Assembly (NCBI GenBank): GCA_028715415.1
Contig: JAQURX010000010.1
Coordinates: 3,668-67,667, forward strand
Source of the DNA: Candidatus Omnitrophota bacterium
Lineage (GTDB): Bacteria > Omnitrophota > Gorgyraeia > Gygaellales > Profunditerraquicolaceae
Reading direction: 5' to 3'
Length of the DNA stretch: 64,000 nt
Shown here: positions 57,960 to 64,000 of the stretch, one piece after another
Layout of the letters: the number at the start of each line of letters is the position of its first letter
Position numbering within the stretch: position 1 is the stretch's first letter
Position numbers and translations under genes: made by a program
Notes under the pieces: model-generated
Database searches by the model: none
Told to the model about the DNA's origin: nothing
What the model saw: the letters and a program-made list of their open reading frames with translations, nothing else

Positions 57960-58565
57960 CTATTTGTTCTCCTTATTATCTTCTATCCTTTTAACCTTAA
58001 ACACTATATTCCCACCATCAGGGCAAGTTACTGTATCTATTGAGTCAGGGTCTTGCATAAAGAAAAACTTCGCTCCAAAGTTAAGCGCAAATAGCGCAGG
58101 AAAAGCACAATGAAAAGCAGCCCCACAAAACCCGGGGATACATTTAAGGCCTGTTGTTTCCCATTTATCACCTATCTTATAACCGAATGTGCATTTTCCT
58201 TTTGCCTGCACAACTTCGATAACCATCTTCTTCGGATTCGGACCTTTAAAACTCGGGTCTTTCGCTACTGTTTCGACCTTCCCATCCTTATCTAGAATCT
58301 CAGCTTTAAATTCTAGCTTCCCCCCGTCGGGACAAGTAACCAAAAGAGACCTCTGATTATCACGAAAAGGGAATTTCGCCCCGAAACTCAATGCATAAAT
58401 TACCGGGAACAAAGCATGCGCCAGCCCTAAACAAAAAAATTTCGGCGGATGCGTAAAATCTTCCAAAATAAGCTCATCACCTTTTTTATACCCATGATAA
58501 CACTCCCCGTAAACATTCATAACCGTGAGTTTTAATCTTGGAAATGGAGTATTGACTTCAGGCAT
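57960..58565 (-). CDS. Tandem-duplicated Cys/His-rich domain protein, unknown function
   Basis: Two homologous about 95-aa halves: C..GYK.GD....C.G.AH/FH..FP...AL.FGAKF.F......VTCPDGG...FK. Possible metal- or redox-site protein. Confidence 0.4.
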   Translation of the reverse strand: MPEVNTPFPRLKLTVMNVYGECYHGYKKGDELILEDFTHPPKFFCLGLAHALFPVIYALSFGAKFPFRDNQRSLLVTCPDGGKLEFKAEILDKDGKVETVAKDPSFKGPNPKKMVIEVVQAKGKCTFGYKIGDKWETTGLKCIPGFCGAAFHCAFPALFALNFGAKFFFMQDPDSIDTVTCPDGGNIVFKVKRIEDNKENK

Positions 58566-58566
58566 A

Positions 58567-59571
58567 TTAACTAAATAATCCTTTCGTATTGTTTATTAAC
58601 TCTTCCTTGGTGAAAAATCTCTTTGTTTTCTCAACTTGATGCACCATTTCTACTAATTTTGAATTTAGTGGGGCGCGTAAACTATTAGTTTTTGCTAAAG
58701 CGACAAATTCACCATTGATATAATCAACCTCTGAAAGCTTGCCTCTTTTAATACTTTGTAATATTGAGCCGTATAAAGGCTCCTTGCTTAAATTAGCCAT
58801 TATTCCTGAGAAAATCTTCGCTGCCTCCGTTGTCGGCAATGAAATTAATTTAGTAAGCCGCTCCAGTGGAAAGTCCGGTAAGGAAGCCAAATTAATCCTT
58901 GAGCCAGATACTATTTTATGGCCTTCCTTCCATATGCCGATACTTATACTGCTTATCTCCGGGCTGGCAAAACACTCTTGCATGCTTAAGCCTAAAATCC
59001 CCGGGATACAATTATTGGCGTTAACGAAAATCTTTAAATATTTCATTGCTTTAATATCGTCTGTGGCTACTACCGGGAAAATATCGCCAAGCAAAACCTT
59101 TACTTTAGAAACAAGCTCGCTGTTTTTAATAAACGCGCTCCCGATAATCCAACTTCCTTCAAAATTATGCACGACCGTGCCTGCTTCTAAATTAGTCGAG
59201 CCAAACATTACTATGCTAGAAATGATTTTTTCTCCCGAAAGAATCCTTGCGGCGATATCTTCTGCTTGAACGCCGTTTTGAGTAATAACGATTACTGAAT
59301 TAGCGATAAATTCAAGGTTTTCTTTTATCGCACAGCTTAAATCCTGAGTTTTTGTAGCAAAGATTGCTATGTCCGGGCAAAAATTAAGCCTCGTATCGGT
59401 GTCAATTTTTAAATCAAACTCACCCCTTACCCCGCAAATCTTTAAGCCTTTATTTCTGATTGCCTCTACCGCCTCTTTATGGCCGACGAGAAATACATTT
59501 TTGTTTTTTGACTTTAAATACCCTGCCACTAAAGCGCCTATTGCCCCGGCGCCAATAACTGCTATTTTCAC
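58567..59571 (-). CDS. ApbA/PanE-family 2-dehydropantoate-reductase-like NAD(P)H oxidoreductase
   Basis: MKIAVIGAGAIGALVAGYL Rossmann N-terminus, ApbA N- and C-domain layout, 334 aa. Confidence 0.7.
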   Translation of the reverse strand: MKIAVIGAGAIGALVAGYLKSKNKNVFLVGHKEAVEAIRNKGLKICGVRGEFDLKIDTDTRLNFCPDIAIFATKTQDLSCAIKENLEFIANSVIVITQNGVQAEDIAARILSGEKIISSIVMFGSTNLEAGTVVHNFEGSWIIGSAFIKNSELVSKVKVLLGDIFPVVATDDIKAMKYLKIFVNANNCIPGILGLSMQECFASPEISSISIGIWKEGHKIVSGSRINLASLPDFPLERLTKLISLPTTEAAKIFSGIMANLSKEPLYGSILQSIKRGKLSEVDYINGEFVALAKTNSLRAPLNSKLVEMVHQVEKTKRFFTKEELINNTKGLFS

Positions 59572-59870
59572 TTCAAGTTCTCCCCATTCTTTCTTGCAAG
59601 CGGCTGGTTATTATTCTTTGGGAATCCGAATTTTTTGTAATCAAATCCTGTTTGTTCCAAAAGCCTAATCATCATACTGTAGAATGGCGAAGGCACATCA
59701 GAAAAAAAAGCACCAACTACATCCTGCTCTTCAACTAATGCAGATTTTCTCTTAACAGCATTGTTTTCCGCTTCCTTGACTACGGCCTCTTCGGTAATAT
59801 GACGATGAAAGACTGGTATCTTAGAAATCATAAGATTAAGCTTTTCTTGAGTTGTTTTATCCCAATTCAT
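59568..59870 (-). CDS. Hypothetical protein, first gene of the biosynthetic operon
   Basis: 100 aa; 4-nt overlap with the reductase gene. Confidence 0.3.
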   Translation of the reverse strand: MNWDKTTQEKLNLMISKIPVFHRHITEEAVVKEAENNAVKRKSALVEEQDVVGAFFSDVPSPFYSMMIRLLEQTGFDYKKFGFPKNNNQPLARKNGENLK

Positions 59871-60012
59871 AATCTAACTCCCTATATTGGTTAAAGTTAA
59901 CCCCTTGTTTTAAAATATAGTAAAATTTTACTAATCAAATTTTAGTATAGTATACCTTTAAATCAATTAAAGTCAAGAAGAAATTGAAGAAAATTTACTC
60001 TGGAAGTAAAAC

Positions 60013-60032
60013 GGACAGAATTAATTCTGTCC
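60013..60032. promoter_or_regulatory. Perfect 20-bp palindrome GGACAGAATTAATTCTGTCC in the divergent intergenic region (operator-like)
   Basis: Exact dyad symmetry read directly from the sequence. Confidence 0.4.
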
Positions 60033-60133
60033 CAAAAGATTAAATAATATCTCTTGATTTTTCTAATGATTTATGATAAAAATAACAAATGAAGAGGAGT
60101 TGATTTGTTCTTATTTTTAAATCTTAAAATTAA

Positions 60134-60159
60134 AGCCACGGAAAGCGTGGCTTTTTTAA
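60134..60159 (+). terminator. Canonical intrinsic terminator (GCCACG-gaaag-CGTGGC + TTTTTT) 10 nt upstream of the PilZ gene start codon: candidate attenuator
   Basis: Stem 60135-60151, T6 60152-60157, followed by GGAGG RBS and ATG at 60170. Confidence 0.55.
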
Positions 60160-60169
60160 TGGAGGCGAA

Positions 60170-60520
60170 ATGGAGAACTTAGGTAAATCAGAAAAAGATA
60201 ATAGGATTTTTGAAAGATTTGCTGCAAATTTCCCTCTTAAGTACCTTGACCTTGATTATAATAAAGAAGGCAGTGCAAAAACATTGGATATCAGCGCTAA
60301 TGGATTGGGGATAACTACGGATGAATGCCTACCTAAACACTCCAACCTTGAATTATGGCTACAGATACCCGATATGGGACAGCCGCTTTATGCCAGAGCA
60401 AAGGTAATCTGGTCGGATAAGTCAGGAACAAATGCGTGTAGGGCGGGAATTAAACTGGAAAAAGCTGACTTTCTAGGGCTTGCGCGAGTTCTTAGAATTA
60501 TCGGGACAAGAAGAAACTAA
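60170..60520 (+). CDS. PilZ-domain (c-di-GMP-binding) protein
   Basis: 116 aa; RIFER (RxxxR) and DISANGLGI (DxSxxG) PilZ signatures. Confidence 0.75.
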   Translation: MENLGKSEKDNRIFERFAANFPLKYLDLDYNKEGSAKTLDISANGLGITTDECLPKHSNLELWLQIPDMGQPLYARAKVIWSDKSGTNACRAGIKLEKADFLGLARVLRIIGTRRN

Positions 60521-60526
60521 CCTTAA

Positions 60527-61576
60527 CTATTCTTTTATATTCCATCCGCTTCTTCGTTTCTTGCCCACAATAATCAAATTAGCAACAACTGTGAATATTA
60601 CAGCTGCCTGAGTAAGGCTCATCAACGCGTCGAGAGAAGAATCATTGCTAACCATAATTGCACTTAGCCCCAAAGAAAATGTAATTACGTATATAAATAA
60701 TGTCGTCTCGCGTTGGGTAAAACCCAAGTCTACCAAGATATGATGAAAATGATCTTTGCCGCTATAATGCAGCCATTCATAAACACTTTTAACTTTACCC
60801 TCTTTGATTCGCATAACAGTTGTAAAAACCATATCAAATATCGGAACACCTAAAATTAATACCGGAATAGTAATCCTTGCAATATTATGTTCCGCCCAGA
60901 AACCACTAAGAGCAAAACCAGCGAGAATAAAGCCGAGCATGGTACTCCCTGCTTCTCCCAGAAAAATCTTATATTTTCCTTTATGAAAGTTATAAGGCAG
61001 GAAAGCAAAGCAAGTAGCAATTAAAATTACTGCTAACAGGCCTAAAGGATACTGGCTTGACTTATAAAGGATAACTCCAAAACAAATTAAATTTATTGCG
61101 GCACTTCCTGCCGCAAGCCCATCTAAGCCATCCAAATAGTTATACGCATTCGTGACTCCCACCAGCCAAATAATAGTAATAACAACTTCTAAAATATACT
61201 TCCATACCCCTAATGAATAAGGTAAAAAATTTATTTGGAGGCCCATCTTAATCACAAATAAAGAAATTATAACCTGACAAAGGAAGCGGAAACGGGCAGA
61301 AAGCGGCTTGATATCATTGATTAAGCCCAATATCAAGATTAATGTTGCCCCGATTAATAGAGGCATAAAAAAATGCAGTTTGGTTAAATTAAAAAACACG
61401 CCGATTATAAGCCCAAAATAAACTGCCACCCCTCCTAAGAGAGGCGTAGCAATTTTATGAATCTTCCTACCTCCGGGGATATCAAGTATATCAAATCGCA
61501 CTGCAATCGCCCTAAATATTGGCATGGAAAAATAAGTTGCCACAAAAGAAATTAAAAACGCTAATAATGTTTTCAT
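60527..61576 (-). CDS. Polyprenyl-phosphate sugar-1-phosphate transferase (WecA/MraY family, GT4)
   Basis: 349 aa, 10-11 TM helices, conserved WecA-family motifs (DGLDGLAAG). Confidence 0.8.
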   Translation of the reverse strand: MKTLLAFLISFVATYFSMPIFRAIAVRFDILDIPGGRKIHKIATPLLGGVAVYFGLIIGVFFNLTKLHFFMPLLIGATLILILGLINDIKPLSARFRFLCQVIISLFVIKMGLQINFLPYSLGVWKYILEVVITIIWLVGVTNAYNYLDGLDGLAAGSAAINLICFGVILYKSSQYPLGLLAVILIATCFAFLPYNFHKGKYKIFLGEAGSTMLGFILAGFALSGFWAEHNIARITIPVLILGVPIFDMVFTTVMRIKEGKVKSVYEWLHYSGKDHFHHILVDLGFTQRETTLFIYVITFSLGLSAIMVSNDSSLDALMSLTQAAVIFTVVANLIIVGKKRRSGWNIKE

Positions 61577-61578
61577 AT

Positions 61579-62196
61579 TTAACCTATCTGCCTTAATACG
61601 CGCAGGGCTTTAAAACCTTCCGCGTATTTTACTCTTCCCTGAAAACCACGAAAATTGGCGCAAGACTGGGCGCTTTCAAGGATGCTAAGATTTTCTATTT
61701 TAGTCCTATCAACCTGAGACACATGTATGCCCAATAGTTTTAGTTTGTCATTTAAAATATCTTTGATATCTACAAAAATATCCGGTTCAAAATGCACAGT
61801 CGTAGGAACTTCATAGAACAAGACTTCCTTAATATAGCGGGTGGCAGAGATACCTGCTAAGGACGCAGCGCGATGATCCTGATGGATATCTTCACCATAA
61901 TTTAAAAAAACAATATCCGGATTGGTCTTGCTTACAGCTTCTTCAATTCTTAATATCAAATCGTGGTTATCAACTAATTTCGTATCTTCAAAACCTCCCC
62001 AAAAAATCCCTTTTGCTCCAATGAATCTGGCGGCTTCCTCTTGCTCCTGCCTTCTTACTCTTGCTTCTCCGCCGAGATGACCGTCGGTGAGTGTTAACAA
62101 ATAAATATTATGCCCACTTCTGCTATATTTTAAAAGTGTACCGCCACAGCCAAATTCAACATCATCGGGATGCGCTCCTACTGCTAATATATTCAT
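61579..62196 (-). CDS. PIG-L/LmbE-family N-acetylglucosaminyl deacetylase
   Basis: 205 aa, AHPDDVEFGCGGT metal-binding motif. Confidence 0.8.
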   Translation of the reverse strand: MNILAVGAHPDDVEFGCGGTLLKYSRSGHNIYLLTLTDGHLGGEARVRRQEQEEAARFIGAKGIFWGGFEDTKLVDNHDLILRIEEAVSKTNPDIVFLNYGEDIHQDHRAASLAGISATRYIKEVLFYEVPTTVHFEPDIFVDIKDILNDKLKLLGIHVSQVDRTKIENLSILESAQSCANFRGFQGRVKYAEGFKALRVLRQIG

Positions 62197-62205
62197 GTTA
62201 ACTCC

Positions 62206-62901
62206 TTATTTAAAAAGTATGCTTTTTGCAGCCTTGCCCTCGTTAAAAAGTAAATCAATTGCAGCCATATGCGAGATAAAGCCTTTATTATCTTTCATAA
62301 AACACTGCTGATAAATCGGATGCTCAAATTCCTGATACCTAAGCTCAAGCCCTTCTTCAGCAAACTTCTTTTCATCCAAATAGTCTCTTCCGCCGGAACC
62401 CGAGAGATAAACCCTAGAATTAAGTTTCTTACAAATTTCAATAATTCTTTCGGTAGAAGCCTTAGTTGTGCCTATCTCTGATTCAAAACAAAGCGGAGTT
62501 TTTATACCGAATTCTTTTAGCAGGTATTTAATGATAAAAACATTCAAATCCAACAGCTTATCCCAATCTTTATTTAAGTAAACATCCTCAAAGAACGCTG
62601 AATAATCATTAAAAAATGGTGCATGTGCGTAAGAAAGCTTAATTGCCTTCCAATGATCGAGCTTCCAATTAACCGAGTTATCTATTTTTACGTCGCTGAT
62701 AAGCTGATTGCGTAAATTTTTCGTAACTACAGGCACTGTCAACCAGAGCCAATCTTTCTTAGTGCGGATTTTATTCCTATTCTCAAATTCCCTGTGTTTG
62801 TATTGTACTCTATCCAGGAATACAAAACAATCACTTTTTTTTATCTTATCCAAGTACCCTAACCAGGGAAGATATTGAGGCTGATGCACTGAAACAATCA
62901 T
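62206..62901 (-). CDS. WbqC-like family protein (O-antigen/glycan cluster associated)
   Basis: 231 aa, N-terminal HQPQYLPWLGYLDKI motif typical of PF08889. Confidence 0.65.
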   Translation of the reverse strand: MIVSVHQPQYLPWLGYLDKIKKSDCFVFLDRVQYKHREFENRNKIRTKKDWLWLTVPVVTKNLRNQLISDVKIDNSVNWKLDHWKAIKLSYAHAPFFNDYSAFFEDVYLNKDWDKLLDLNVFIIKYLLKEFGIKTPLCFESEIGTTKASTERIIEICKKLNSRVYLSGSGGRDYLDEKKFAEEGLELRYQEFEHPIYQQCFMKDNKGFISHMAAIDLLFNEGKAAKSILFK

Positions 62902-62903
62902 CT

Positions 62904-64000
62904 TTAAACCATCTCCTGATAAACAGATTCAATTTTTTCCATCATCTTCTTTGAAGAAAACTTATCATCTACCCATTTCTTTCCGTTTTCCGATAAACTT
63001 AATCTAAAATTGTCATCCTTTAGCAACCTTAATATTGCCGAGGATAGCTCTTGTATGTTTTTGGATGCAACAAGTACCCCGGTTTCATTATCCCTTACAA
63101 TCTCGGGGATACCTCCTACCTTTGTAGCAATTACAGGAACTCCCAAACCTTGGGCTTCCAACAAAACTCTCCCAATAGCCTCATTTAAAGAAGGCTGGAC
63201 CATAATATCTAAAAATGAAATTATCTCTTCAACATCATCGCGCCACCCTGTAAAAACTACCCTATTGTCTAAATTATTTTCTTTTACTATTCTCTCAAGT
63301 TTACTGCGCATAGAACCTTCCCCAACGATAATGAAACCTGCGCCATTGTCAATCTTTGAAACTTCAATCGCAGCCCTTACAAAATATTCAACGCCCTTAA
63401 CCACTTCAAGCCGGCAAACCATGCCCACTATTCTTTGATTATCCTTAAACCCAAACTTTATTTTCTTTTCCAGCGCCTTCTTAATATCAACATTCTTAAA
63501 TCCCATCTCAAGTCCAGACGGCACAACTTCAATCTTGCCTTCGCGGCTGACGCCAAACTCCAATAATTCTTTTTTTTCTAATTCGCTTAAAGCAAGGAAT
63601 TTATAAGTAAACATAGCTAGAAGACGCTCAATTAAAACAATCGATTTGCTGGCAAAGAAATTAAAATAACCGTAAAAGTTGCTTCCGTGAGGCATATGGA
63701 CAACATGCCGGATTCCAGAGAAATATGCGGCAAGCCTTCCCAAAGCCCCTGCTTTTGCAGTATGCGTGTGCACAATATCAAAATTTTCCTTTTTAAAAAT
63801 AGAGCAAAGACTGCAAAAGGCAGCTAAATCAAGAAAAAGATTAACGTTTCTCCTTAAAGACGAAACGGTAATTACTTTCCCCTTAAATTCTTTTAAAAAA
63901 TTTATAGTGGCAAAGGAAAAATGTTTAGTTGGCCCGGTAATCAATGTAACATCATACTTATCCGGGTTTAAAGACTGGCAAATAATCCTTACTATATCGG
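62904..64000 (-). CDS. Glycosyltransferase family 1 (GT4-type), N-terminus beyond window end
   Basis: C-terminal Glycos_transf_1 motifs (EAQGLGVPVIATKVGGIPEIV); the frame stays open upstream of the annotated TTG at 63944 to position 64000. Confidence 0.8.
   Translation of the reverse strand, partial: DIVRIICQSLNPDKYDVTLITGPTKHFSFATINFLKEFKGKVITVSSLRRNVNLFLDLAAFCSLCSIFKKENFDIVHTHTAKAGALGRLAAYFSGIRHVVHMPHGSNFYGYFNFFASKSIVLIERLLAMFTYKFLALSELEKKELLEFGVSREGKIEVVPSGLEMGFKNVDIKKALEKKIKFGFKDNQRIVGMVCRLEVVKGVEYFVRAAIEVSKIDNGAGFIIVGEGSMRSKLERIVKENNLDNRVVFTGWRDDVEEIISFLDIMVQPSLNEAIGRVLLEAQGLGVPVIATKVGGIPEIVRDNETGVLVASKNIQELSSAILRLLKDDNFRLSLSENGKKWVDDKFSSKKMMEKIESVYQEMV

Noticed and set aside
60170-60520. 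c-di-GMP riboswitch (GEMM-I/II) in the PilZ gene leader
   Set aside because: The AT-rich leader lacks the conserved GEMM P1/P2 sequence features I can recall; only the generic terminator-before-RBS arrangement is supported.

Overview
AT-rich (about 38-40% GC) chromosomal segment from what looks like an uncultured diderm bacterium. Envelope genes present: Lnt, an LpxL-family acyltransferase, an LptE-like lipoprotein, MurJ and SecA. TGA is a stop codon and RF2 carries the canonical +1 frameshift site. Almost all genes are on the minus strand, in tight, often overlapping operons. Housekeeping content: a nitrogen-assimilation cluster (partial gltB, Fis-like regulator, GSIII glnN, PII, Amt, an OMP beta-barrel); secA-prfB; leuS; rpsT; murJ; uvrC; a tRNA-Ala(GGC)/tRNA-Leu(CAA) pair; comEA-comEC. 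Accessory or unusual content: (1) an ~11 kb biosynthetic cluster (48.9-59.9 kb) with a catalytically intact KS, a partner KS lacking all active-site residues (CLF-like), an ACP, a B12-binding radical SAM enzyme, an SRPBCC cyclase/aromatase-like protein, a cupin, a PF04199-type cyclase, an SDR, an amidohydrolase, an MFS exporter and a ketopantoate-reductase-like reductase, i.e. type II PKS-like. (2) A 1507-aa secreted giant protein with an embedded GNAT domain and an HExxH motif, flanked by a perfect 15-bp inverted repeat in its 5' and 3' UTRs. (3) A free-standing double-motif LAGLIDADG endonuclease gene starting 7 nt after tRNA-Leu. (4) A putative 5'-deoxyadenosine/MTA DHAP-shunt salvage operon (PNP-family phosphorylase, MtnA-like isomerase, class II aldolase fused to SCP2) extended by an aldehyde dehydrogenase and an acyl-CoA synthetase. 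(5) Two GC-rich, highly structured intergenic islands that are candidate ncRNAs. (6) A nitrogen-operon leader with a sigma70-like promoter followed by three tandem intrinsic-terminator hairpins. (7) A comEC gene interrupted by an in-frame TGA. No CRISPR array, rRNA, transposase or integrase was seen.
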